Source of the DNA: a virus
Lineage: Duplodnaviria; Caudoviricetes
Direction: 5' to 3' (one strand)
IMG/VR virus record: IMGVR_UViG_3300036975_000082
Span: 1-44,385 of that record
Length of the DNA stretch: 44,385 nt
Position numbers and translations under genes: made by a program
In this document: one piece after another, positions 20,891-30,939 of the stretch
Layout: every line of letters begins with the position of its first letter
Numbering within the stretch: the first letter of the stretch is position 1
Notes under the pieces: model-generated
Databases searched by the model: none
Told to the model about the DNA's origin: nothing
What the model saw: only the letters and a program-made list of their open reading frames with translations

Positions 20891-21045
20891 TCGAGATCCC
20901 CGCCGCCGTGCAGTGGCACAAATGGCGCATAGTGGACGCAGGCATGGCCACCCTGCGCGAGATAGAGAGCCATTGGAGCCTGGTGGATCTGCATACGGCG
21001 CATTGGCTGCTTGATCAGCGTCAGGCGCAGGAGGGTACCGACTGA
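20818..21045 (+). CDS. Putative -1 frameshift extension of the tail chaperone (G-T type)
   Basis: G_GAT_TTT_TCC at 20818-20827; the -1 frame is open to 21045 and encodes W.IV...ATLREIESHWSLVDL. Confidence 0.6.
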   Translation, partial: GFFRCLRGYRWFGNAPVRPGARGLIEIPAAVQWHKWRIVDAGMATLREIESHWSLVDLHTAHWLLDQRQAQEGTD

Positions 21046-22646
21046 TGCCGGGCCAACCCCTCAGAGAAGTCATATCGCTGTTCGGTTTCAAGTTGGACAA
21101 GAAGTCCTGGTCCAAGGCGGACAGGGCCGTCAACAAAATGCGCAGTGGCTTGTTGACGCTCGGTCGTATGGCTCTTGGTGGCGCGGGTGTGTATGGTTTT
21201 TACCGAATGACACAGGCGGTAGTCGACACCGGACATGCCATAGACAAGACATCAAGCAAACTCGGAGTGTCGACTGATGCTCTGCAGGAATTTCACCATG
21301 CTGCAAATCTGTCAGGTGTCGCTGTGCAGTCGTTCAACATGGGTTTGCAGCGCATGGCGCGCCGTGCCGCTGAGGCGGCGGAAGGGAAAGGGGAAGCCAA
21401 GGACGCGTTGAGAGAGCTGGGCATACAGCTGCGCAATAGCGATGGCAGTTTGCGCAGCACCGAGGATTTGTTCATGGACGTAGCCGGAGCCATGGGCAAT
21501 GTGAGGGACTCCAACAAGCGGTTGAGGCTGGCCTTCAAGCTTTTCGACTCCGAGGGCGTTGCCCTTGTCAACATGCTCAAGAACGGTAAGCAAGGTTTGC
21601 AATCCATGAGGGAGGAGGCGCGCGTTTTAGGTGCGGTCATCGATGAAGACTTGATCAGGATGACTGTCTCCTACAAGGACGAATCGATGCGCATGTGGCA
21701 GGCCATCGGAGGAGTGCGTGATAGCATCGTCAAAGGACTCTTGCCCGGTATGTTGGCCACGGTAAAAGCTGTCAAAGAGTGGCTGGTGGTCAACAAGCAA
21801 TGGCTGGCTTCTAACATATCGGATGCTTTGTCCATTGCCGGTCGCGCTCTGCAACGCGCTGGGGAGTTTGCGCAGTTCATGCTTTACGGGCTCAAGAGCC
21901 TGCTAGGTGTGCTGGATCCATTCCAGCGCAAGTTGCTGCTGGTAGCCGGTATCATGGGTCTGTTGTCGATGCTGCTTGGTGTGTGGCCAGCATTGGCCAT
22001 TGCGGCGTTCCTTGCTATCGAGGACATAGTGGGGTTCTTTGAGGGCAAGAAGTCTGTCACTGGACAAATAGTGGAATGGCTCAAAGAGCTGTACGGGCAG
22101 CTTGCCGAAGCGCCTATGGATCCGGAGAATGGATATACGGTGCTTTTCTTTCAAGCCATTGCAAAAGCCATAGACTGGGTTAATGAAAGCTTGGATAAGT
22201 TATCCAAAAAGCTCGCAGAACCTATAGGCGATCTGGTCTATGGCCGCGGTCCCTTCTCCTTTGAAAAATTGCAGAACGTAACCAAAGCGTTGCCTGGGGC
22301 TAAAGAGGCCGATGAACTGGCTGGTAAATTCGAGAAGGCGCATGTAAAAGCCGCAGAAGGAGCCCTTGGTTGGATCAACAGCATACCCGGAGTAGAAGCT
22401 TTAAATCGTTTGGGGTATAAAGCAGGTATAGGGGTACCTCCACCTACCGAGCGGCAGGCGGCAATCTCTGCAAAAGGTCCGTCGGTGCAGAGCAATGTGA
22501 CCGTCCAACAAACCATCAACCCGCCGGCCGGCACGAGCTCGGCCGAAGTGGCGGACATGGCAGGACGCAAGGCCGCCGAGAGCGTGTCCGCCGCCGAAAG
22601 GCGCGAGGCCATGCGTGTGTTTGCACCGCAGGTAACCGGACAATGA
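21045..22646 (+). CDS. Tape measure protein (533 aa, implying a short tail)
   Basis: Alanine-rich helical sequence; K.S..LG.ST..LQ...AA..SGV motif; central hydrophobic segment; synteny. Confidence 0.88.
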   Translation: MPGQPLREVISLFGFKLDKKSWSKADRAVNKMRSGLLTLGRMALGGAGVYGFYRMTQAVVDTGHAIDKTSSKLGVSTDALQEFHHAANLSGVAVQSFNMGLQRMARRAAEAAEGKGEAKDALRELGIQLRNSDGSLRSTEDLFMDVAGAMGNVRDSNKRLRLAFKLFDSEGVALVNMLKNGKQGLQSMREEARVLGAVIDEDLIRMTVSYKDESMRMWQAIGGVRDSIVKGLLPGMLATVKAVKEWLVVNKQWLASNISDALSIAGRALQRAGEFAQFMLYGLKSLLGVLDPFQRKLLLVAGIMGLLSMLLGVWPALAIAAFLAIEDIVGFFEGKKSVTGQIVEWLKELYGQLAEAPMDPENGYTVLFFQAIAKAIDWVNESLDKLSKKLAEPIGDLVYGRGPFSFEKLQNVTKALPGAKEADELAGKFEKAHVKAAEGALGWINSIPGVEALNRLGYKAGIGVPPPTERQAAISAKGPSVQSNVTVQQTINPPAGTSSAEVADMAGRKAAESVSAAERREAMRVFAPQVTGQ

Positions 22647-23227
22647 GCAACCTGCTGCAAGGTCTCAGTGTGCGCTATTTGTTTGTCGATCAGACAAACG
22701 CGCCGGATTACGATTACGTATCTTTTGATGCGATATCCGAAAGCACTAATCGGCGCACAGCCGATGTCACGCAGCACCCAGTAGAAGAAGGATCCGTCAT
22801 TGCCGATCATGTTACTACACAACCGCGCGAGCTGGATATGGTTGGAATCATATCGGGAGTTCCGACAAGTCTGTTGGCTTGGGCCTCCCGTTCATCCACA
22901 TATGTCTATGACTCGTATGACAAGCTGCACCAATGGATGACAGACAAGGCCAACCTATTGGTGTTTGCCGTAGACGACTATTACGAGAGCATGCAACTTG
23001 TCGGCATCGAGAGGGGGCATGATCACACCAAAGGCAAGGCAGCGCATCTGCATTTGACCTTCAGGGAGATAGTGGTAGTCAGCACGCGCACCGTGGATGC
23101 GCCGACACCTAAAACCGCAAGGGGCGCCAGCCGGAAGGCAAAGGGCCAAAAAGCGGCAAAGACCAGTGAATCCACAGAGGCCAATGAGACCTTGCTCTTA
23201 TCCATAGGCAATTTGCTGGGAGGCTGA
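22643..23227 (+). CDS. Baseplate/tube-initiator (Dit-like) protein
   Basis: DA..SE......VT.HPVE.GS.IADH....P. Confidence 0.82.
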   Translation: MSNLLQGLSVRYLFVDQTNAPDYDYVSFDAISESTNRRTADVTQHPVEEGSVIADHVTTQPRELDMVGIISGVPTSLLAWASRSSTYVYDSYDKLHQWMTDKANLLVFAVDDYYESMQLVGIERGHDHTKGKAAHLHLTFREIVVVSTRTVDAPTPKTARGASRKAKGQKAAKTSESTEANETLLLSIGNLLGG

Positions 23228-23228
23228 T

Positions 23229-23552
23229 ATGGCACTCGTGCTTCCCTTGGACTCTGTCGATCCCCATTACACGGTGACGGTCAAATTGGAGGGTGTGCGC
23301 TACCGCTTGGGCATGGACTGGAACGAGCGCGAAGGATCTTGGTATCTGTCGGTGGCGCAGGAGGACGGTACCGCGATCGCTTCTGGGTTGCGTGTAGTGC
23401 CGGATTGGCCGTTGCTGAGAAGGGTTGCGGACAGTGCAAGGCCTCCTGGCGAGATTGTCTTTCGCAACACCAACGCAGGTGATACCGAACCCGGTCGATA
23501 CGACATAGGAGAGATTTTTGTTCCTCTCTACTACGAAGAGGATGAGCTGTGA
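23229..23552 (+). CDS. Baseplate protein (plug-like)
   Basis: L.G..Y.L...WN.R...W.L...G...G...V. Confidence 0.75.
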   Translation: MALVLPLDSVDPHYTVTVKLEGVRYRLGMDWNEREGSWYLSVAQEDGTAIASGLRVVPDWPLLRRVADSARPPGEIVFRNTNAGDTEPGRYDIGEIFVPLYYEEDEL

Positions 23553-24361
23553 CCCTATTCCGTCGCACATGCGTGGCCAACCTGGGCGGCACCGAAGTGG
23601 CGGATCTGCGCCAGCAGTTCAAGGCCGATCACACCAGCGACAGCGCGCCCAATAAACTGCAGTATACTGTATATAATTTGTCGCCAGACAGCAGGGCCCG
23701 GCTCTCACAGGAGAAAGATCTTACTGTGCAGATCGAGGCTGGCTATGTCGATGGACAGACCGATGTGATTTTTTACGGCGACATCGAGCGCGTGGTACAG
23801 GCAAGGGAGGGTCCTGACTGGATCACCCGTCTGGAGTCTGCCGACGGCGGCAGGGCGTTGCGCGCGACAAAAGTGTCCTTTTCGTTCAAAGAAGGGGTCA
23901 AGATTGTTGACATGATCAAGCAAATAGGCAAGCAGGTCCTTGTCGATGTGGGCAATCTGGCCGATCTGTCTCAGTCTGATTTCCAGCGCAGGGTGGAAGA
24001 ATACGCCAACGGCGATGCTATATTCGGCAAGGCGAAGGATGTGCTGGACAGCCTGTGCAAGACGGGGGGACTGGACTGGCGCGTGCAGGATGGTGCTCTC
24101 GAGGTGACCAAAAAGGGTCAACCCTACGGCACAGAGGCCGTGGTGCTTGCGCCGGATTCCGGACTCATAGGCTCACCCGAGCCGGGTGAGGAGGGGAAGG
24201 TAAGAGCCGTGTCCTTGATACAGCCCGGGCTCAAACCAAGGCGCAAAGTCAGGTTGGTGTCGGCGTCGATTGACGGTCGGTTTATGGTGTCCACGGTCAG
24301 CTACACCGGTGACACGCACGGCACCGACTGGTATGCTGTCCTGGAGATGGTGCCGTTGTGA
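23549..24361 (+). CDS. Baseplate hub protein
   Basis: PN.....YNLS, AGY......IF.G.I, DGG, W.VQDG.L, SGLIGSP and GDTHG.DW. Confidence 0.88.
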   Translation: MTLFRRTCVANLGGTEVADLRQQFKADHTSDSAPNKLQYTVYNLSPDSRARLSQEKDLTVQIEAGYVDGQTDVIFYGDIERVVQAREGPDWITRLESADGGRALRATKVSFSFKEGVKIVDMIKQIGKQVLVDVGNLADLSQSDFQRRVEEYANGDAIFGKAKDVLDSLCKTGGLDWRVQDGALEVTKKGQPYGTEAVVLAPDSGLIGSPEPGEEGKVRAVSLIQPGLKPRRKVRLVSASIDGRFMVSTVSYTGDTHGTDWYAVLEMVPL

Positions 24362-25026
24362 CAGACAAAGGATCCACACCCAGCCTTGCCGAGGTGCTGC
24401 AAGCGGCCTTGGATAATATCAAGGCACAGCTGCACGTAGCCATGCCCGGGACTGTGGTCTCGTATGACGAAGCCTCGCAGAAGGCCAACGTGCAGCCACA
24501 GATCAAGAGTCTGATCATCGATCAGGAGGGCAACGAGGAGCTGTTGTCGTTACCTGAGCTGCCGTCGGTTCCGGTGGTGTTTCCGCGCGGTGGTGGTTTT
24601 TTCGTGTCGTTCCCTTTGCAGCCAGGGGATCAAGTCCTGCTCGTGATCTGCGATCGCGAGCTCAACGTGTGGAAAAGCAAAGGGGGCGACGTGTCGCCAC
24701 AGGATCCGCGCACGCATCATCTTGCGGATGCCGTGGCCATTCCCGGGTGCTATCCCTTCACCGATGTTCTTGCCGATGCGCATGCGTCTAATATGGTGTT
24801 GGGCAAGGACGGCGGCGCGCAGGTGCACATCAAAACCAACGGACAGGTACACATAGGCAGCGAAAACGCAGATGCCTGGGCGGCCCGCGAAGGCGATGAC
24901 GTGCAGGTGACTATTCCGGCTGGTACTTTTCTGGTGTCGGCAAGCGGTGGCGTGCTCAACCCCAGTCCTGTAGTGGTGGACGGCAGCATCACAAGTGGAT
25001 CGTCGACGGTCAAGGTGGACGACTGA
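24358..25026 (+). CDS. Baseplate spike (Gp138/gpV-like)
   Basis: AMPG.V.SYD, VPV.FP.GGG.....P...GD and R.H.L.DAVAIPG. Confidence 0.88.
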   Translation: MTDKGSTPSLAEVLQAALDNIKAQLHVAMPGTVVSYDEASQKANVQPQIKSLIIDQEGNEELLSLPELPSVPVVFPRGGGFFVSFPLQPGDQVLLVICDRELNVWKSKGGDVSPQDPRTHHLADAVAIPGCYPFTDVLADAHASNMVLGKDGGAQVHIKTNGQVHIGSENADAWAAREGDDVQVTIPAGTFLVSASGGVLNPSPVVVDGSITSGSSTVKVDD

Positions 25027-25388
25027 TGGATCTCAAGTTGGACAGCACAGGCGATCTTGATACCACCGGTGGTGAGCTGTTGCTTGTCACAGGGGCCGAG
25101 GCGATGGCGCAGCAGGGCAAGATGCGTTTGCGCATGCTGCTTGGCGAATGGCACCTGGATCAGCGCCAGGGCATGCCTTGGCTACAGATCATTCTCGCGG
25201 TCAAACCTTTTCCTGCGGAGTATGCAGTATCGAAGATCCGGCAGGCCTTGCTCGGGGTCCCTGGGATAATAGGGGTGCGCAACCTTTCTGTAATACCCGA
25301 GGTATCGACGCGCCAGGCATCTGTGTCGTTTGAGGCTGTAGGCAACGAGGGTTTACCCGTGGTCTTTGAGGAGTTTGTTTTGCCATGA
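25026..25388 (+). CDS. Baseplate wedge subunit (gp25/gpW-like)
   Basis: Q....RL....GEW.LD...G.PW and IR..L..VPG. Confidence 0.82.
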   Translation: MDLKLDSTGDLDTTGGELLLVTGAEAMAQQGKMRLRMLLGEWHLDQRQGMPWLQIILAVKPFPAEYAVSKIRQALLGVPGIIGVRNLSVIPEVSTRQASVSFEAVGNEGLPVVFEEFVLP

Positions 25389-26575
25389 GCGGCGTCGAGT
25401 CCACAGGTTTTGTCACCAAAACGACAGCCGAGATCTTGGCCGAGTTGCAGACGGCCATCAAGGACGCACTGGGCGCCGAGATGAACACCGAGGCCGATTC
25501 GGTCACAGGTGTTATCTTGGGTATATTGGCTGACAAATACGGTGAGCATTGGGAGGTCATGCAGGCCATATATGCCGCCAGGGATCCGGATGCAGCTGCG
25601 GCAGCTGCGCTGGACGCCGTGTGCGCTCTGACAGGCACGCGGAGGGATGACGCCACCCAAAGTGAAGTGACCGTTACCGTGACATGCACGGGTGTGGTCA
25701 ATGTGTCTGTAGGCAATTTCATTGTTAGCGTGGATGGCAATCCGGATGCGCGTTTCGCCAATTCCGAGGCCATTGTCGCCGGCGGCGCGGGCGATGTCGA
25801 CGTGCTGTTTGAGGCGGAGGAGGCCGGCGCGGTCGTGGCGAACGCGGGCACATTGACCGTCATAGAAACACCTGTGGCCAATATCTCCGCCGTGACCAAC
25901 GCGTTGGATGCAGATACCGGCAGCGAGACGGAGGGTGACACGGCCTTGCGCACAAAGCGCTTGGTGGAGCTCGAGGCGGTCGGGGCGGGAACCTTTGACA
26001 CGATAAAGGCCCGGCTAGCCCAGGCCGAAGGGGTGGAGTACAGCACCCTGTACGAGAACACGTCAGGCAATACGGACGGCAATGGCATCCCTGGCCACCA
26101 CATGTGGCCGATAGTTTATGGATCGCCCATGCCTGATGGGGACGATGTGGCCCAGACGCTGTGGAGTGCGAAACCTGCCGGCGTGGGCATGCACGGATCC
26201 TCCAGCGGGACCGCAACGGACGCTGAGGGCGACTCTCAAACCGTGAGCTATGATGAAGCCACAGTGATCACGATCCATGCGGCAATCACGGTAGACACGG
26301 ATGCCGATCTGTATCCGGCGGACGGGGATGATCAGATTAAGGAGGCAATCATCGCCGCAAGGGAGGCCTTCATTGCGGCGCAGAACGGACAGGGTATAGG
26401 GCTCGATGTATATTCTGAACCTCTCAAGGCTGCGGCATTCGAGGTAGCCGGTGTCATAGACATCACTGCCTGGACAATAGACACGGTTGATCCGCCTGTG
26501 GCCTCCTCCAACATAGCCATCGGTGTGGACGAGTTTGCATACTTCGACACGGCGAATATCGACGTAACGAGCTGA
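25385..26575 (+). CDS. Baseplate J-like protein
   Basis: P..A....LD.....G..R, G...E.D..LR, ENT....D..GIP.H and KPAGV..G. Confidence 0.92.
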   Translation: MSGVESTGFVTKTTAEILAELQTAIKDALGAEMNTEADSVTGVILGILADKYGEHWEVMQAIYAARDPDAAAAAALDAVCALTGTRRDDATQSEVTVTVTCTGVVNVSVGNFIVSVDGNPDARFANSEAIVAGGAGDVDVLFEAEEAGAVVANAGTLTVIETPVANISAVTNALDADTGSETEGDTALRTKRLVELEAVGAGTFDTIKARLAQAEGVEYSTLYENTSGNTDGNGIPGHHMWPIVYGSPMPDGDDVAQTLWSAKPAGVGMHGSSSGTATDAEGDSQTVSYDEATVITIHAAITVDTDADLYPADGDDQIKEAIIAAREAFIAAQNGQGIGLDVYSEPLKAAAFEVAGVIDITAWTIDTVDPPVASSNIAIGVDEFAYFDTANIDVTS

Positions 26576-26577
26576 AC

Positions 26578-28119
26578 ATGGCACTCGAAGAAATCACCAA
26601 TCACAGGGATCTGGCTGTCGATCTGTTGCTAGAGCAGCTCAAAGACAAGGTGAAGCTGGAGGCCTTTCTGCATGCGCTTGTTGGCCCTGCGCAGGAGCTG
26701 GAAGAGGTGGCGCATGATCTGGACACGGAGATGCGCCTGGACAATGCCGTAGGTGCGCAGCTCGACATGATCGGCCGCATTGTCAACCTGCAGAGAGGTA
26801 GCCTGTCCGACAGCGATTACAGGACAAGGTTGCGTGCGCACATACGCGCCAACCGATCCGAAGGCACTCCGGATGATTTGCTTGAGGTGCTGCGCCTGAT
26901 GGTGGCGAGCAACAGCCTGTCTATTGAGGAGTACCCTACCGGTGTCGTGATGCGCATTGCCGATGCATTGTCCGAGGATCCGGATGCTATTGTGTCCGAG
27001 CTGGCACGGGCACGCCCTTCCGCCGTGCCTCTGCATCTGGAGTACACGCTAATAGATGATGCGGACACTTTTCAGTTTGCATCCGGTGATTCGGAGGAGG
27101 CTGATGAATCGGCAGGTTTCGGAGGCTATCGATGGATAGCTGTCGGAGATGATGCAGGCGCCCAAGCATACATACTCACATCGGATGGTGATCAGACTGC
27201 ATGGACGCAGCGTACCAACCCCCAAGACGAAGATCTCAACAGTGTGGCATCAAACGGGAACGGAAGACTCGTCGCCGTAGGTAAGTATCCCGGATTCCCA
27301 CAAGATCCCTACATCATCTATTCAGATGATGACGGCGAGACATGGACCGAAACTACGCCACCTTCCGAAGCTGATAATGTGCATTTGAATGCCGTATGCT
27401 ATAGTCCGGATCTTGGCTTATGGATAGCTGTCGGCAACGATGCGGGAGCTGTTTCGCTTATACTCACATCGAATGATGGTGAAACGTGGACAGCCCGCGA
27501 TAATCCCAAAGATGAGCATTTACATAGTGTTTGTTGGTGTTCCGGTATAGGTCTCTTTATCGCTATAGGATATCCGCAGGGAGGAGATTCCTATTTAATC
27601 ACCAGTTCCGACGGTATAGCATGGACCGAACGCAGCAATCCCGTCAATGTAATTTTGCGCGGAGTGTGCTGGAGCGAGAGTTTAGGTATCGCTGTGGCTG
27701 TAGGTTACAGCGATGGGATTGATGGTGCCATCATCACAAGCTCGGATGGTGTAAACTGGACTGAGCGATCTAACCCCAAGAATTTGTGGTTGTATGGGGT
27801 ATGCTGGTGCGAGATTCTAGGCCTATTTGTAGCGGTGGGTGATCCTGATGCAGATAGCTACATTCTAACCAGTCCCGATGGAATCACATGGACTGAGCAA
27901 TCTGCCCCTATTGCTGTCACCTTGTTTGCTGTAGCTCAAAGAGGAGACGGGGAACTTGTGGCTGTAGGCGATACAGGAGGAGGCGACGCGGCTATCTTAA
28001 CGAGCTCGGACGGCATCAACTGGACAGAACAGGCAAATCCGGCCAACTACGCGCTGTTTGCTGTTGCAGGCATCCAGCGATCCATTGGCGGCGCATGGGC
28101 GTACGTGAAGGAGACATGA
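26578..28119 (+). CDS. DUF2612-type baseplate wedge protein with an inserted BNR/Asp-box beta-propeller
   Basis: N-terminal LD.A.G.QLD.IGRIV...R...D..YR..L; about seven AVG...ILTS.DG..WT repeats; terminal GGAW. Confidence 0.82.
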   Translation: MALEEITNHRDLAVDLLLEQLKDKVKLEAFLHALVGPAQELEEVAHDLDTEMRLDNAVGAQLDMIGRIVNLQRGSLSDSDYRTRLRAHIRANRSEGTPDDLLEVLRLMVASNSLSIEEYPTGVVMRIADALSEDPDAIVSELARARPSAVPLHLEYTLIDDADTFQFASGDSEEADESAGFGGYRWIAVGDDAGAQAYILTSDGDQTAWTQRTNPQDEDLNSVASNGNGRLVAVGKYPGFPQDPYIIYSDDDGETWTETTPPSEADNVHLNAVCYSPDLGLWIAVGNDAGAVSLILTSNDGETWTARDNPKDEHLHSVCWCSGIGLFIAIGYPQGGDSYLITSSDGIAWTERSNPVNVILRGVCWSESLGIAVAVGYSDGIDGAIITSSDGVNWTERSNPKNLWLYGVCWCEILGLFVAVGDPDADSYILTSPDGITWTEQSAPIAVTLFAVAQRGDGELVAVGDTGGGDAAILTSSDGINWTEQANPANYALFAVAGIQRSIGGAWAYVKET

Positions 28120-28122
28120 GAC

Positions 28123-29187
28123 ATGGCAACAAAACCGACGAATCTTCCCCGATGGGCCACCGATGCGGGACGTACACTAGAACCTACGAGCGGGGAGAAG
28201 GATACCGGCTGGCAGGCCGGCTACACACCGCCTGCGCGCAAGATGAACTGGTTGCACCACACCGTCTACGAATATCTTCAATATCTGGATGCCATGGTTG
28301 TGGCCCTATTGCTGCGGGATCAGGTCGACATATCTGCAGGGGCAGGAGGAGACTCTTTTTTCTGCATCGCATATGATGGATCAGGTACTTTGGTTGCAGC
28401 GGGGGCCAACGGGACCATATTTTATAGCACAGATCATGCTTTGACGTGGACAAATGCCGATAAAGGATCTGATGATTACAAAGGGTGTGTGTTTGCCGAG
28501 TCTCTTTTTGTGCTGTGTCACGACAATGAGGGGATAGAGACATCGCCAGACGGATCTGCATGGACTACGCGAACCACGCCTGTCGGCACATATGCACTTG
28601 CGGATGTGGCCCACGGGGCAGGATCTTTTGTGGCTGTAGGGGGAGTGACTGCAGGCCTCTTGTCGGAAATCATAGTGTCATCAAATGGTATTACATGGAC
28701 CGAGGAATTAAGTGTTAGTGACGAGTTACTTCTTGCTGTGGTCCATTGCACGGAGCTTTCTCTCTGGGTGACCACAGGTGAAGGTGGCACGATCTACACA
28801 GCCAGTGATCCTACCGGGACATGGACGTCACGCACGTCCGGTACGGCCGAGGATCTAAGTGGGGTGGCTTGGGATGGTACAACAGTTGTTGCCGTGGGGG
28901 ACAACGGGACAATCATCAAATCGACAGACGGCATATCCTGGAGTGCCGCGTCATCAATACCTGCCACCATTACAGGACAACTCAGGCGTGTCCGGTGGAT
29001 TCCTGAACTAAAAATCTTTGTAGCTGTAGGATCAAATGCCATAGTGTACAGCTATGATGGAGATGTGTGGCATGACGCTCAGCCGGGCCTTGCGAGATCG
29101 CAATATGACGTAACATATGCCGGGGGATCCGTGATTATATCGGGAACAAGTGAAAACGTACATAGATCACTGCATGTACCTGAGTAG
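28123..29187 (+). CDS. Tail fibre / receptor-binding protein with a BNR beta-propeller
   Basis: N-terminal anchor KP...P.WA......EP....K..GW......PA..MNW; repeated S.DG..WT boxes. Confidence 0.82.
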   Translation: MATKPTNLPRWATDAGRTLEPTSGEKDTGWQAGYTPPARKMNWLHHTVYEYLQYLDAMVVALLLRDQVDISAGAGGDSFFCIAYDGSGTLVAAGANGTIFYSTDHALTWTNADKGSDDYKGCVFAESLFVLCHDNEGIETSPDGSAWTTRTTPVGTYALADVAHGAGSFVAVGGVTAGLLSEIIVSSNGITWTEELSVSDELLLAVVHCTELSLWVTTGEGGTIYTASDPTGTWTSRTSGTAEDLSGVAWDGTTVVAVGDNGTIIKSTDGISWSAASSIPATITGQLRRVRWIPELKIFVAVGSNAIVYSYDGDVWHDAQPGLARSQYDVTYAGGSVIISGTSENVHRSLHVPE

Positions 29188-29196
29188 GAGCACAAC

Positions 29197-29643
29197 ATGA
29201 GAACTTTGATCCTTGGTCTTTGTCTTTTGATGCCGGCTCGGGCCCTTGCTCAGCAGGAGCTTTCGGCTGACTACCTCGACATGAACGGTGTCGCGCTTAC
29301 CGACACGCCGGAAACCGAGGCTATTCCGATGGCGGCGCACGGGCAAATGACCCAGCTCACTCTGCGGGCGACAGTCACATGGGGAACCACGACACAGGTG
29401 ATTGCCAAGTGCAGGACATCGGCATCCGAGGACAGCGGATACACATGGATCGATGCGTGTCATTGGGACGGATCCTACTATCAATGCAAGCCTATGGAAT
29501 GGCGCTGGAACAGTACGAACAGCGCCGACGGGCTGCTCACACTTGAGCTGCGGGTGAATGCACGCTATGTCAAGTGCAGATGGGATGATCCGGATAACAA
29601 CACGGGAACCTCGGTGGTGACCGGGACAAGGGGACAACCGTGA
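29197..29643 (+). CDS. Secreted-type beta-rich protein with a Sec signal peptide
   Basis: MRTLILGLCLLMPARALA/QQ; AGGAG SD; four Cys in the mature part. Confidence 0.7.
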   Translation: MRTLILGLCLLMPARALAQQELSADYLDMNGVALTDTPETEAIPMAAHGQMTQLTLRATVTWGTTTQVIAKCRTSASEDSGYTWIDACHWDGSYYQCKPMEWRWNSTNSADGLLTLELRVNARYVKCRWDDPDNNTGTSVVTGTRGQP

Positions 29644-30926
29644 TGACCACGGATAAGTTCGACTGGCGATCCTTTTTTTGGTTTGTAGTTTTTCACGTGG
29701 CTGTCCTGGTGGCGGCTGTGCTGCTCAGCTTGTTTGTCCGCACATCCGAAGTCCATGCCGAGGGTTGGTTCAATCCTGGCGTCGAAGGGGGGAGCGGCGG
29801 AATAGGCGAGCACGATCTGGACGGCAGTCGCCTATACGGCGACAGGGCCGATGATCCCGACACTTATTGCTGGCACGCGGCGGCGGATACGTGGCGCTGC
29901 GTGGCAGGCGGTATAGACGTAGTCGATATTACGTCCACGGGCATCAAGGTGCCCGACGATATCCCGTTGTGCCTGGGCGACGATGATGACATCTGCATCG
30001 AGCACGATACGGATGGATCGCCTGATGGTCTGCGGCTCACCCAGAAAGACTGCGATGGATCGCCATGTAACCCTTTGGAGTTCTACAAGAATGGCGGCGC
30101 AAACGTGATTGCGATGCGGGCTTCGTCGTTCACGAACCCGAACGCTAAGATGACTTTTGGACCGCCGGCAGCATCTGGCTACTCTTTAGGTGCAAATGAT
30201 TCACATTTCACGGGAAGGGTGGAGATCGATGGGAGTTTTTATGCTGGCGGCGAATCATATGTTGGCAATGTAAATATCCCATATGGGGAAATATTAGGAG
30301 CAACATCTTATGGTGTTATAAAACCGAACTTATCTACACAGACTGTTAAGACTCTTGCCTTACTCACCGGATCTAACTCGAATTATATTTTCATTGGGTC
30401 CTATGATGACAGGGGGACTAACTTCGGCATAGTAAAACCGAATGACAACGCAGTCATAATACAAAGTATCGACGAGACGGATATAACAAAACACTCTGTA
30501 TTATTTTGGAACCGCCTCGCCCTTGGTGGCAATGGTGGAGGTCTAGGTTGTATCAATCAGACCTTCGCCTACGACGACTTCGTGGACGGTGGTGGTGTTG
30601 TCGGGACTTTCGTGCTCGATGAAGGCATCCCGGACGGTGCGGTTGTGCAGCGCGCGATCCTGCATACCCTTGTTCCAGGATTCACAGGCGGCGCGAACTC
30701 GACGGCGACCGTGCAAATAGGCGACGGTACCGATCCAGATCGGTACAATACGGGCACGCCGAGCATCTACACAACCAATGCAAGTGGTGTCGACCTCGGT
30801 GCTCCATCCGGCGTGGTCCATCATGATGATGAGAAGGATGTAACCGTCACCGCCACAGTCGACAATGACTGGAGTACGATTTCAGCTGGTGGGGCAACAG
30901 TGGCTGTCTGTTATTGGACACCATAG
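29640..30926 (+). CDS. Fibre/spike-like protein with an N-terminal signal or anchor
   Basis: Hydrophobic N-terminus ending EVHA/EG; fibre-like beta repeats; C-terminal IP.GA.V.......F.......IGD.TDPDRY domain. Confidence 0.7.
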   Translation: MMTTDKFDWRSFFWFVVFHVAVLVAAVLLSLFVRTSEVHAEGWFNPGVEGGSGGIGEHDLDGSRLYGDRADDPDTYCWHAAADTWRCVAGGIDVVDITSTGIKVPDDIPLCLGDDDDICIEHDTDGSPDGLRLTQKDCDGSPCNPLEFYKNGGANVIAMRASSFTNPNAKMTFGPPAASGYSLGANDSHFTGRVEIDGSFYAGGESYVGNVNIPYGEILGATSYGVIKPNLSTQTVKTLALLTGSNSNYIFIGSYDDRGTNFGIVKPNDNAVIIQSIDETDITKHSVLFWNRLALGGNGGGLGCINQTFAYDDFVDGGGVVGTFVLDEGIPDGAVVQRAILHTLVPGFTGGANSTATVQIGDGTDPDRYNTGTPSIYTTNASGVDLGAPSGVVHHDDEKDVTVTATVDNDWSTISAGGATVAVCYWTP

Positions 30927-30939
30927 AGGAGGGATTACC

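Noticed and set aside
26578-30926. Diversity-generating retroelement or invertible fibre cassette
   Set aside because: No reverse transcriptase, invertase or TR/VR repeat pair was seen.
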